Origin: a virus
Lineage: Duplodnaviria; Caudoviricetes
Length of the DNA stretch: 24,660 nt
Direction: 5' to 3' (one strand)
Virus record (IMG/VR): IMGVR_UViG_3300032277_000074
Span: 1 to 24,660 of that record
Shown piece by piece: positions 1 to 8,984 of this stretch. The first letter of the stretch is position 1; every line of letters begins with the position of its first letter. The notes below the pieces were generated by a model. That model was not told where the DNA came from and made no database searches. It worked only from the letters and a program-made list of their open reading frames with translations. Made by a program: the position numbers and the translations under genes.

Positions 1-136
1 GGTAGGTAGGATGCCATTCGTTGTCTATTTCAATTTTTTTCAAGGATAATTTGTCATTGTGACACACTTTTTCGCAAAATCACCAAACGTAAATTCTAAC
101 TATATTATGTACTTTTTGTACAGTCTGTTATTTAAG

Positions 137-170
137 GTTAATTTAAGATAACCATAAATTAACTTTTTTT
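137..170 (+). terminator. Possible AT-rich intrinsic terminator or symmetric protein-binding site
   Basis: Perfect 9-bp inverted repeat GTTAATTTA (137-145) / TAAATTAAC (155-163) followed by T7 (164-170), just upstream of the promoter. The stem is weak. Confidence 0.35.
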
Positions 171-190
171 AACAATTGATTAATTTTTTT

Positions 191-219
191 TTGACACTTT
201 CTCTCATTTTGATTATAAT
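191..219 (+). promoter_or_regulatory. Consensus sigma70/sigmaA promoter upstream of the terminase operon
   Basis: TTGACA (191-196), 17-bp spacer, TATAAT (214-219), with an A/T tract upstream resembling an UP element. Confidence 0.75.
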
Positions 220-288
220 AAAAGTAAGAACAATTTTAGTTACAAAGTGTAAAAAGTTTGTTCTATTCTTGTATCTTGCTTTTATATT

Positions 289-332
289 TAGAGTGAGTGA
301 TTTTTTTTTACTTGCTCTATTTACTCTTATTT
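289..332 (+). terminator. Leader hairpin, possible attenuator or terminator
   Basis: TAGAGTGAGTGA (289-300) pairs with TTACTTGCTCTA (308-319): 12 bp including 3 G:U pairs, 7-nt U loop, followed by U-rich TTTACTCTTATTT. Confidence 0.35.
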
Positions 333-381
333 CTGATAGGTTAAAATATGCTTTCAGTTTTGATTGCTATTAGTGAAAATC

Positions 382-942
382 ATGGTAAAGAAAACAAAGA
401 TAGATAAAATAATAGCAGGTGAAGAACCATCTACAAAACGCTATATTTCTAAGGTAGCTTCTTCATTACCTGAAAATGTAAAAGCTATAGTAATAGCTGA
501 TTTGTTCAATGTAACAGAAGCTACTATAAATAATTATGTAAAACAGAATTTGATAAAACGTGTTAGTAAAAACAGTTTTAATCTAAAAGATACTGTTAAT
601 AACTTGGTATCTCATTTTACTAATCCGATTGTCCATGATTCTCTTGATTCTGAATTAATAGAAGCAAGAATTAAACTTACTAATGAGCAACATAAAAAAC
701 TTGTGTTAGAGAATCGTGAAAATGAAAAAGAGCTAATTGAATTAACGGTTGTATCTTCTTTTTTATCAAGAACGTTTTCTATTTTAAAAAATCAAATATT
801 ATCAATTGGTAGTAGTAATGCTAATGAATTAGCAGATATAGATAACCCTGCTGAAATAAAAATAATATTAGATAAAAAAGCTAGAAGTTTTTTAAATCAA
901 TTATCAGATACCATTGACCATGAGTTTAAAAATGAAAAATGA
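382..942 (+). CDS. terS: Terminase small subunit (Nu1-like)
   Basis: HTH-like segment IADLFNVTEATINNYVKQ, then Nu1-like coiled coil EARIKLTNEQHKKLVLENRENEKELI; lies directly before the large terminase. ATG at 382 preferred to TTG at 364. Confidence 0.8.
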   Translation: MVKKTKIDKIIAGEEPSTKRYISKVASSLPENVKAIVIADLFNVTEATINNYVKQNLIKRVSKNSFNLKDTVNNLVSHFTNPIVHDSLDSELIEARIKLTNEQHKKLVLENRENEKELIELTVVSSFLSRTFSILKNQILSIGSSNANELADIDNPAEIKIILDKKARSFLNQLSDTIDHEFKNEK

Positions 943-2797
943 TAATTCAAATTTTATAATTTTTTTTTTGGTTGTTTTAATAATGTTTGATTTTGCAGCA
1001 ATTTCTTCTTTATCTAAAGTAGTATCGAAAAGTTTAAAACTATCTGAATATAGATTGCCCCATGAATGGGCTAAGGATAATTTAACACTACCAGCTAGTG
1101 AAGCAGAAGCAGGTACATTCAACCCGTCTAGAACACCTTATTTTGTTCAAGTAGAAAAGCTAGCTTTAAGTGGCAAGTACAAAAGGCTTGGTATAATGTC
1201 TGGCGCTCAAATGGGAAAAACAATGTTCATTTTGAACTTCATTTGTAAGACATTAACAGATGAAGCTAGACCTATGTTAATAGTTTTACCAGCTAAGAAA
1301 CTAGCAGAAAATTATAGCCGTTTTCGTTTTATGCCTCATGCTAAAAATTCAGGTGTTATTGATTTAGTAAAAGATGGTGAGCGCTCAAATAGTTATGAAA
1401 AACTGGTCAATGATGTACCGCTTTATTTTGTATGGGCTACTAGTGCTAATGAATTATGCAGTAGACCAGCATGTAAAGCTGTATTTGATGAATTAGACAG
1501 AATGCCAGACAGTGTAGAAGGCGAAGGTAATCCAGTAGTTTTAGCAGAAACACGTTCAATAACATATCCAGATAGATTTTCTTTAGCAGCTAGTACACCA
1601 ACAATAAAAGATTTTTCTCCCATTGAGTCATTGTTTTTAGAAGGTACACAACATAAATTTAATATACCTTGTAAAAATTGTTGTGAATATTTTTTACCAG
1701 AATTTAAATTATGTAAATGGGAAGGTAAAACAGAAGATGAAGTTGTAGAAAGTGCAAGGTTAGTGTGTCCTACTTGTGACTATGGTATGAATAATCAAGA
1801 CATAAAAAAAGCTATCCAAGACGGTTTACTACTTTCAGGTGAACAAAGAGTTAAAAGAGAAAAAATAGGACAAAATATAGTGGTGGGTAAGCAAATTGAA
1901 TCAAAAACATTTAGTGTTTGGATATCTGGTATTTGTAGCCCTTGGAATCATATAGGTGAAATTTGCTGGTTATATGTAGCAGCAGCTAATTCTAATGAAA
2001 ACAAAATGCGAAAAATTCAAGCTGTTAAAAATACTCGTTTTGGTGAATTGTTTGAATTAGAAGGTGAGCGTGTAGATTGGAAAGAATTACTAAAAAATAG
2101 AATGCCTTATAAACTTGGCAGTGTACCAACTAAAAATATAAAAGCTTTAGTTATGGGCGTTGACGTTCAAAAAAGGTGCTTAGTTTTTTCTATTAGAGGT
2201 TTCACTGATGTTGGTACAAGTTATCAAATTGACTATGGCCGAGTTATGGGAAGTCCGAAAAAAAAAGAAACTTGGTTAGAACTTGAAGATAAACATATAA
2301 AAAAAGATTACCCACTTGTAACAGAAGATAGTACTTACACAGATAAGCAATATAAAATCCAACGTGTTTTAATAGATGAAGGTTATGAAACAGATGAAGT
2401 AAGAGCTTTTGCCAGAAAATCACCGTACTATTTAAGCTGTAAAGGTGTTAAACTTGCTATGACTCCTATAGCGGTTAGTCGTGTAGATGTTAATTCAAAA
2501 TTAAAACGTGACAAAAGACCTACTCAACTAGTTAAAATTTGGGATGAATTTTTTAAAGGTATGCTTTATGAAAAAATGAAGCAGCCACTTGATGAACAAG
2601 GTTCTTATATTTTAGCAGAAGATGTAGATGAAGCTTTTTTAAAAGAAGTAACAGGTGAAATTTACGTGACTACTGAAAAAGGTGGTGAATGGCGAACCTT
2701 AAGAACACATGATTTTTTAGATACTGAAAAATTATGTTTAGCTGGTGGGTTATATGTTCTTAGATTAGGTGCTAACAGGTATAGAAAAAAAACGTAA
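932..2797 (+). CDS. terL: Terminase large subunit, lambda gpA family
   Basis: EWA..RTPY N-terminal motif, Walker A-like SGAQMGKT, Walker B VFDELD, STPT motif, CxxC...CxxC (PCKNC/CPTC), GVDVQ nuclease motif, C-terminal HDFLD. Start is ATG 932 or ATG 983. Confidence 0.93.
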   Translation: MKNDNSNFIIFFLVVLIMFDFAAISSLSKVVSKSLKLSEYRLPHEWAKDNLTLPASEAEAGTFNPSRTPYFVQVEKLALSGKYKRLGIMSGAQMGKTMFILNFICKTLTDEARPMLIVLPAKKLAENYSRFRFMPHAKNSGVIDLVKDGERSNSYEKLVNDVPLYFVWATSANELCSRPACKAVFDELDRMPDSVEGEGNPVVLAETRSITYPDRFSLAASTPTIKDFSPIESLFLEGTQHKFNIPCKNCCEYFLPEFKLCKWEGKTEDEVVESARLVCPTCDYGMNNQDIKKAIQDGLLLSGEQRVKREKIGQNIVVGKQIESKTFSVWISGICSPWNHIGEICWLYVAAANSNENKMRKIQAVKNTRFGELFELEGERVDWKELLKNRMPYKLGSVPTKNIKALVMGVDVQKRCLVFSIRGFTDVGTSYQIDYGRVMGSPKKKETWLELEDKHIKKDYPLVTEDSTYTDKQYKIQRVLIDEGYETDEVRAFARKSPYYLSCKGVKLAMTPIAVSRVDVNSKLKRDKRPTQLVKIWDEFFKGMLYEKMKQPLDEQGSYILAEDVDEAFLKEVTGEIYVTTEKGGEWRTLRTHDFLDTEKLCLAGGLYVLRLGANRYRKKT

Positions 2798-2810
2798 AAG
2801 GAAATATATA

Positions 2811-3023
2811 ATGGCGTTAAGTGCAACAATTAGGGCTAAAAAAAAATTAGAATTAGCTGCTGTAGATGCTGCTATTATAGCAGCTATAGATGGTAATTAT
2901 TCTACAGGTCGAGATAGTGTTACAAGAGTAGATCTTGACAAACTTTATAAAAAACAAGCACTCTTAGAGAAACAATTATCTACCACTTCTTCTAAAAAAA
3001 GTTTAGTAATTAAGGGTACTTAA
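2811..3023 (+). CDS. Head completion / head-tail adaptor protein (gpW-like)
   Basis: 70 aa between terminase and portal, helix-beta hairpin-helix pattern (..YSTGRDSVTRVDLDKLYKK..). AAAGGA RBS precedes ATG 2811. Confidence 0.7.
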   Translation: MALSATIRAKKKLELAAVDAAIIAAIDGNYSTGRDSVTRVDLDKLYKKQALLEKQLSTTSSKKSLVIKGT

Positions 3024-3024
3024 C

Positions 3025-4488
3025 ATGGGTATTGTAACTGGTAATAATGCTAGCAGTGGTGGTAATATAAAAGCTGCTAGATTTACAGATAAAGAATTAC
3101 GTTTATTTAGACCTTCATTAAGTGCTGCTAGTACAGATACTACACAAGTTATCAGGGATAATGTAGTTGCTCGTAGTTGGTATTTATATATAAATGATGA
3201 ATTAGTACAGGGAATAGTAAATAGAATAGTAGATTATGTAGTAGGTAGTGAATTACAACCACAAAGTGTCATAAACCATAAAAAACTAGGTATTACAACA
3301 GATCAAGCTAAATTAATTCAAGACAAATTAGAGGATAATTTTAAATTTTGGTCTAATGATGTTAGTAGTGATGTAAAAGGTGCTTGTGATTTTACTACAA
3401 AAGTTAGAGCTACTTTAATATCTTACCTCGTAAGAGGTGAGGCTTTTATAAATGTTGCACAAAAACCTTCTAGTGATTTTTTTCCTTTTACCACAAGGCA
3501 TCAGTTAATTGAACCTGACAGAGTGACAAATGAAAACGGTTTACCTGATTCAGAAGAAATGATAAATGGTATAAAGCTAGATGAATCAGGTGAAAGACTT
3601 GGTTATTATATTCAACGAGCTCATCCTAATGAACATATAAACTTTGTGCAAAGTTTAAAGTGGGATTTTTTCCCTATTCGTAATGCTCAAACTGGTAGGC
3701 AATTAATTTATCATTGTTTTGATTTATTAAGGGATGGTCAAGAAAGGGGCTTACCATCTATTATGGTTTTTATTCCTTCATCACATGTATTAAGCGATTA
3801 TAGAAATAGTGAATTATATGCAGCAGCTTTAGCTTCTCACTTGGTTTTTGTAACTAAGCGTGAAGGAGAGTATGAAAAAGAAATTTTTGATGGTGGTGAA
3901 GATAAAAGTCTATTAACAAATAGTGAAAACATTAGTGATAAGGGTACAGAATTTACATTTGAACCTGATACCGATATTCAAGTTTTTAATAATGCTAGGC
4001 CAAATAGTAATTACAATCCATTTATTGATAAACATATTGAAATTTATTGTAGTGCTATTGGTATTCCTTACGAGCTCTATACTTTAAAATTTAATTCTAG
4101 TTATACAGCAGCTAGAGCAGCTTTTATAGCTGCTGAACATAAATTTAAGATAGTTCTTTCAAAGCTTAAATCTAGTTCTTTAAATCCTTATTGGAATTCT
4201 TTAGCAGATGAATTAGCAATTGATGGATTTTTTGAAAAATTTGGTTTAAACTATGATGATTATTATGTAAGAAAGTACTTACAGCAGGTAGTATGGTTTA
4301 GTGATAAAATGAAATCTTTAGATGAAGTAAAAGATGCAAGTGCCGCACAAATAAGGAAGCAAAATAAAACAACCTCTACAAAAGAGGAAAGAAAACTTTT
4401 TGGTGTAGATGATGATTTAATGAGCCAGCAAATTGAACAAGAAAAAAAAGACATAAAAGAGAGTCCAAAAAATGTTACTAGCAAATAA
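3025..4488 (+). CDS. Portal protein, lambda gpB family
   Basis: 487 aa with lambda-portal motifs ARSWYLYIND, VVGS.LQPQS, GEAF, LIEPDRV, GIKLD..G..LGYYI, R.GQ.RG.P, YTAARAA. Confidence 0.92.
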   Translation: MGIVTGNNASSGGNIKAARFTDKELRLFRPSLSAASTDTTQVIRDNVVARSWYLYINDELVQGIVNRIVDYVVGSELQPQSVINHKKLGITTDQAKLIQDKLEDNFKFWSNDVSSDVKGACDFTTKVRATLISYLVRGEAFINVAQKPSSDFFPFTTRHQLIEPDRVTNENGLPDSEEMINGIKLDESGERLGYYIQRAHPNEHINFVQSLKWDFFPIRNAQTGRQLIYHCFDLLRDGQERGLPSIMVFIPSSHVLSDYRNSELYAAALASHLVFVTKREGEYEKEIFDGGEDKSLLTNSENISDKGTEFTFEPDTDIQVFNNARPNSNYNPFIDKHIEIYCSAIGIPYELYTLKFNSSYTAARAAFIAAEHKFKIVLSKLKSSSLNPYWNSLADELAIDGFFEKFGLNYDDYYVRKYLQQVVWFSDKMKSLDEVKDASAAQIRKQNKTTSTKEERKLFGVDDDLMSQQIEQEKKDIKESPKNVTSK

Positions 4489-5776
4489 AGAATTTTTAAA
4501 CACACAATTGGATTTAATAAAATCATTTAAAGCTAAAGAAAATTGCTATAGAAATTTACAAAAAATAAATAGTAGCTTGTGTAGAGTACAAACATTTGAA
4601 GGTTTTGCTTTTAAAGTACAAAATAATATTGCTATTATGAATATAAACGGTTTCATAACTAAGGAATTTTCTATTTGGACGTGGTTTTTTGGTGGTACTT
4701 CTTTAGATGTTGTTTCGCTTGCTTTAAAAGAGTTAGAATCAAGGGATGATATAAAAAAAATAATCATGAGTTTTAATTCTGGTGGTGGTGAAAGTGTTTA
4801 TTGTCATGAAATTGCTAATCAAATAAGGGGTATAACAAAGACAAAACCTATTGTAGCAGCAGTAAACACGTTTTGTTGTAGTGCTGCATACTGGCTTGCT
4901 AGTGCTTGTAGCTCTATATATAGTGTAGCAAAATTAACAACTACTGGTTCTATTGGTGCAGTGTTTACCCACGTATCAGTAGAAGAAAAAAATATAAAAG
5001 ATGGTATCCAAGTAACAGAAATAACATCTAGTGAATTTAAAGCGAGTGGTTCTAGTAGTAAAAATTTAACAAATGAAGAAAAACAGATGCTACAAAGTAA
5101 AGTAGATGAAGTTAATTCTTTATTTCAGGATGATATTTTAAAATTCCGCAGTAAAAAAATTAATTCTAAAATTCTAAATAATTTGAAAGGGCGTGTTTTT
5201 ATGGCTAAAGAAGCTATTGAAAATGGTTTAGTAGATTCTGTAAAATCTATGAACTCTTTGTTGTCTAATGTAAATGATGATGATGTAGAATCTACAGAAG
5301 AAGAAGAAGATGATGTAGAATCTACAGAAGAAGAAGATGATGAAACAGAATCAGAAGAAGAAGAAGATGATGTAGAATCTACAGAAGAAGAAGATGATGT
5401 AGAATCTACAGAAGAAGAAGATGATAAAAAAACTACTTCAAAGTTATCATCGAAGGCAATTAAATCTATTAGAAAAAAAGGCATCGTTTCAGAGCGTAAA
5501 AGAGTTATGGGTATTTTAAGTAATATGCAACCAGAAAACGCTAAATACGCGCTTTCAGCAATCAAAAAAGGAACCACAATAAATAGTTTTAATAGTGCTG
5601 AATTAAAACGAGTTCGTAGTAGTGCAAAAAAAACAACGGGTTTAACATCTAGTGGTATGATAAATGGTTCAAATGTTATCAAACCTGTATCACAAAAAAT
5701 AGGTGGTCAAGAAACCGATTTTATTACATCGTTAGTTTCTATGATACCTCAAGATAAAAGAAAGGACAATAAATAA
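4472..5776 (+). CDS. Head maturation protease (S49/SppA family, gpC-like) fused to a Nu3-like scaffold C-terminus
   Basis: NSGGG, SAAYWLASAC, GSIG, FKASG and A...GLVD motifs; acidic repeat linker; C-terminal ERKRVMGIL scaffold-like helix. Confidence 0.9.
   Translation: MLLANKEFLNTQLDLIKSFKAKENCYRNLQKINSSLCRVQTFEGFAFKVQNNIAIMNINGFITKEFSIWTWFFGGTSLDVVSLALKELESRDDIKKIIMSFNSGGGESVYCHEIANQIRGITKTKPIVAAVNTFCCSAAYWLASACSSIYSVAKLTTTGSIGAVFTHVSVEEKNIKDGIQVTEITSSEFKASGSSSKNLTNEEKQMLQSKVDEVNSLFQDDILKFRSKKINSKILNNLKGRVFMAKEAIENGLVDSVKSMNSLLSNVNDDDVESTEEEEDDVESTEEEDDETESEEEEDDVESTEEEDDVESTEEEDDKKTTSKLSSKAIKSIRKKGIVSERKRVMGILSNMQPENAKYALSAIKKGTTINSFNSAELKRVRSSAKKTTGLTSSGMINGSNVIKPVSQKIGGQETDFITSLVSMIPQDKRKDNK
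5276..5425 (+). repeat. Coding tandem repeat, five 27/30-bp units encoding DDVESTEEE(E)
   Basis: GATGATGTAGAATCTACAGAAGAAGAA(GAA) at 5279, 5309, 5366 and 5393, with a diverged unit (DDETESEEEE) at 5336. Confidence 0.95.
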
Positions 5777-6132
5777 TGGCTACTGAAAGTTTTACTGTAC
5801 CTTCATTATACTCTGATTTACGTCAAACAACACAAATGACCGCGTTAGCCAGTAATGATATAACGGCTGGTCAAGTTGTAGGTATCATAACAGCTTCTAA
5901 TAAAATTATTCCATCGCTAACAGGTGCTTCCGATGGTAGTGAAAATATAGTTGGAGTAGCTTTAGAAGATGCTGATACAAGTGCTGGTGATGCTGTTACT
6001 CTTATAGGTACAGCAGGTGATTTTAATTCTAATGAAGTTGATTTTAATGACCATAGTACCACTAATTTTAATACACTTTTGCGTATAACATTAAAAGAAG
6101 CTGGTTTAAACATGTCTGCTTTAGATTCATAG
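5776..6132 (+). CDS. Head decoration protein (gpD-like)
   Basis: 118 aa between protease and capsid; GQVVG, DGSE..VGVA.ED.D and G.FN motifs. Confidence 0.85.
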   Translation: MATESFTVPSLYSDLRQTTQMTALASNDITAGQVVGIITASNKIIPSLTGASDGSENIVGVALEDADTSAGDAVTLIGTAGDFNSNEVDFNDHSTTNFNTLLRITLKEAGLNMSALDS

Positions 6133-6149
6133 GAAGGTAAAATAAAAAA

Positions 6150-7178
6150 ATGGTACAACAAAGTTTATTCGACACTATTTCTTTAAAACAGGTTGCAGTA
6201 AATTTAAATTTTCCTGAAACTATTTTGAGAGATAATTTTTTTTCCAAAAAAGAAACTTTTGATACAAAAGATGTTCAGTTAGATGTAAAAACAGAAGAAA
6301 AATTATTATCTAATTTTGTTCACACTGATGCTAGAGCACACGAAGCTAGCCGCGATGCTGTAGAAAAAAAGACTTTTACACCACCAACGGTAAAAGAAAC
6401 TTTAAATACTAAAGCTAGTGATATTGTAGCTAATGCAGCATTAGGTGAACCTATTGGAATAGATCCTGACGCGAAGCAAAAATCTATTGACCTTATCACT
6501 GAAGATATGTTTACTTTGAGAAATCGAAACGACAGGTTATTAGAGTGGATGGCAGCGGAATTGATGACTGATGGTAGTGTTACAATTAGTGGTGAAGGTT
6601 TTGCTGATTATGATTTAGATTTTGGTATGCCGGCTGGTAACCAAGTCGTTTTAGCTGGTGCTGCTCAGTGGGATCAGTCAACAGCTACACCACTTAGAGA
6701 TTTACGTAATTTATCAACAACTGTTAGCCAAGCAAGCGGGTTAATGCCAAATGTATTTGTATTTGGTAAAAACGCGATGAATTTATTTTTAGAACATGCC
6801 GATGTTTTAGCTTATTTAGATTCAAGACGAGCTATAGTTATTGCTGTTGAGACTGTTAGACCGTCAAGGGGTTTAGTTAATATTGGTAATTTTGATGCTC
6901 ACGCTACTATGATAGCGCACGTTGATAATTACAAAGATTCTGCCGGTTCAATGCAACAATTTGTAAATGAAGACATGGTTTTAGTAGGTTCTACTGATGC
7001 TGCAACGCTCCAAGCATATGGTGCAATACAAGATTATGAAGCTAATTTTGCACGTTCAGAATGGTTTTTTAAATCTTTTCTTAAAGATAATCCAAGTGTT
7101 AGAAAATTATTGTTTCAATCTCATCCTTTGTTAGCATTAACACAAAGTGCAGCGTTTGGTACATTAACTGTAGCTTAG
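6150..7178 (+). CDS. Major capsid protein, lambda gpE family
   Basis: 342 aa; LRDNFF...TFDT..V..D, F.PP, R..EWMAA..G, DFG, W..ATP..DL, NPS....QSHPL motifs; strong RBS (AGGAAGGT). Confidence 0.92.
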   Translation: MVQQSLFDTISLKQVAVNLNFPETILRDNFFSKKETFDTKDVQLDVKTEEKLLSNFVHTDARAHEASRDAVEKKTFTPPTVKETLNTKASDIVANAALGEPIGIDPDAKQKSIDLITEDMFTLRNRNDRLLEWMAAELMTDGSVTISGEGFADYDLDFGMPAGNQVVLAGAAQWDQSTATPLRDLRNLSTTVSQASGLMPNVFVFGKNAMNLFLEHADVLAYLDSRRAIVIAVETVRPSRGLVNIGNFDAHATMIAHVDNYKDSAGSMQQFVNEDMVLVGSTDAATLQAYGAIQDYEANFARSEWFFKSFLKDNPSVRKLLFQSHPLLALTQSAAFGTLTVA

Positions 7179-7220
7179 GTAAATAAAAGCAAGTATACAA
7201 ATTATAAAGGTGACACTATT

Positions 7221-7448
7221 ATGGCTAAATATAAATGTTTAAAAGCTGTTGATTATGGAAAAAAATCTATTCCATATGAAGCAGGTGAATTTATTATTTT
7301 AGATGGTACTAAAGATAAAAAAATCATAGGGCAACTTTTAAGAAGAAAAGCAATTGAAGCGGTAAACAAGCGTTCTAGAAATCAAGAAGCAGAGAATATT
7401 AAAAAACTACCACCACAAGTTATAGAAAATGCTAGTGATAAAGAGTGA
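7221..7448 (+). CDS. Small capsid-associated / packaging accessory protein (gpFI position)
   Basis: 75 aa directly after the capsid gene, AAGGTGA RBS; function inferred from position only. Confidence 0.55.
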   Translation: MAKYKCLKAVDYGKKSIPYEAGEFIILDGTKDKKIIGQLLRRKAIEAVNKRSRNQEAENIKKLPPQVIENASDKE

Positions 7449-7774
7449 GTATAAGCGATCATTTTAATTCAGATCAAGATTTAATATTGTCTACTAATGA
7501 TTTTAGTAAAGACTGTTTATATTCAGTATACAATGGTTCAAATTTTAATGTTATAGCTAGTATTGAAACTAAAAAACAAGTAGATCAACGTAGTAGAGGT
7601 TCATCTAATACTTCTTCTTTTCGTGTACCAGTTAAATCTTTTTCTGCACCACCTAAATATAGAGATACTATTACTTATGATTCAAGTGTTTATATTGTAG
7701 AACGTGTAACAGATGAAACTAATTTAACTTATACCTTTGACGCTAGAAGGAATGAAAGTGGTAAGCTTAATTAA
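7445..7774 (+). CDS. Head-tail joining protein (gpFII-like)
   Basis: 109 aa, GTGA overlap with the previous gene, beta-rich C-terminus P..RDTITYD...Y.V typical of head-closure proteins. Confidence 0.65.
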   Translation: MSISDHFNSDQDLILSTNDFSKDCLYSVYNGSNFNVIASIETKKQVDQRSRGSSNTSSFRVPVKSFSAPPKYRDTITYDSSVYIVERVTDETNLTYTFDARRNESGKLN

Positions 7775-8450
7775 AACTGATTTTAAATTTATTGAAAACT
7801 ATAAACAGAATTTTACAGCTAGTGTAGTAGGTGCTAGACAATCAGCACTTTCTTCTAGTGGATTCTTTGTAGTTGGTAAACTTAAATCTTGGATAAAGAG
7901 CGATAATAACTGGAAACCTACTAGTCAAATAAGTAGACATTTTAGAAAACGTTTTACAGTAAATGAAAATTTGGGAAATAATTCTATTCCTTTTTCGGAT
8001 TCTAGTTCTATACCACCTGTTTTTAATAGAATAGCGGATAATTTAAACTATTCTATTAAAAACAGAAAAGATGGAGCAAATGTAGTAACCATAGTTAGTG
8101 AGAATCCTAAAAACTTTTTTAAAGCTAATCCCCATGAAAGTGGTAAAAAAGCAGGTCAAGCAAGTGAAAGGATTTTAAACAGTGACTCTTATCTATCACA
8201 GGTAATAATAGATAATAGTCAAAGACGCTCTTTTCGTGTTACAGATAGGGCAAGGCGTTTAATGTCTTTAACCTATAGGGTAAATAAGAGAAAAGCTATA
8301 TTTTTTAAAAAGAGTACAACTTTTGTAGATATACCTGAAAGAAAGTTAATAGAACCCGTTTTTGAACGAAATGATTCAAAAATACATAGTCATTTTAAAT
8401 TTGAATTTAGTAGTTCATTTAAAAGGAATAAAATTAGAAATGGTATCTAA
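7758..8450 (+). CDS. Tail completion / neck protein (gpZ or HK97 gp10 position)
   Basis: Basic protein of about 230 aa with C-terminal IPERKLIEPVFE (P.R.F..P-like) motif. GTG 7758 follows AAGGA; ATG 7752 is an alternative start. Confidence 0.55.
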   Translation: MVSLIKTDFKFIENYKQNFTASVVGARQSALSSSGFFVVGKLKSWIKSDNNWKPTSQISRHFRKRFTVNENLGNNSIPFSDSSSIPPVFNRIADNLNYSIKNRKDGANVVTIVSENPKNFFKANPHESGKKAGQASERILNSDSYLSQVIIDNSQRRSFRVTDRARRLMSLTYRVNKRKAIFFKKSTTFVDIPERKLIEPVFERNDSKIHSHFKFEFSSSFKRNKIRNGI

Positions 8451-8964
8451 TATTATTACAGCATCTTCTATTCAAGATGAATTGTTTAATCTATTGTTTA
8501 CTGATTTGGAATTACAAACTTATTCAGTAGATAATTTTGGTAGTGGTATAACATTTCAAAAAGGTTTTGATGTTGATGACCTACCAAGTCTAGATAATGG
8601 CAGGATACCAGCAATTATATTTTCTTCTGTGACGCGAGAAACTATAAGAGAAGGTTCAAGACGTATAGATTATATAATACAAATAGCCTATATAATTGAT
8701 TCAGAAAATTTAGTAGGAATTGAACCTATTACTACTATATCTGCTACTGATAGTGCAAACGGTGTATATAAATTAAACGGCTTTGATGCTGTGTTAAAAT
8801 TTAAAGAAAAAACAGAAGAAAGAATAAAAGAATTAAAATGTAATAGTTCATTACTTAGGCAAAGTAAAATTGTTTATGATAGTGAACAAGATAAAGAAAG
8901 TTATTTTCCACTATCTTTAATGGTAAGTTTGATAACTTTTGAAGTTAATCAACCAAGCTATTAA
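8440..8964 (+). CDS. Tail terminator-like protein (gpU position)
   Basis: Acidic, about 174 aa, immediately before the tail tube gene, IPAIIF motif. ATG 8440 overlaps the previous gene end; ORF track starts at 8362. Confidence 0.55.
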   Translation: MVSNIITASSIQDELFNLLFTDLELQTYSVDNFGSGITFQKGFDVDDLPSLDNGRIPAIIFSSVTRETIREGSRRIDYIIQIAYIIDSENLVGIEPITTISATDSANGVYKLNGFDAVLKFKEKTEERIKELKCNSSLLRQSKIVYDSEQDKESYFPLSLMVSLITFEVNQPSY

Positions 8965-8984
8965 TTTAAGAAAGGTTTTTTTCA

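Noticed and set aside
176-373. 65-aa hydrophobic ORF that could pass for a holin
   Set aside because: TTG start without RBS, overlaps the consensus promoter and leader hairpin; hydrophobicity is explained by T-rich non-coding DNA.
5125-5682. 185-aa Ser-rich minus-strand ORF
   Set aside because: Antisense shadow of the GAA/GAT repeat in the protease gene.
7204-7221. AGGTGACACTAT (7208-7219), a 12-bp match to the SP6 RNA polymerase promoter core
   Set aside because: Single copy seen, lacks the +1 G, coincides with the RBS (AAGGTGA) of the next gene, and no single-subunit RNA polymerase gene is in the window; flanks are not vector-like.
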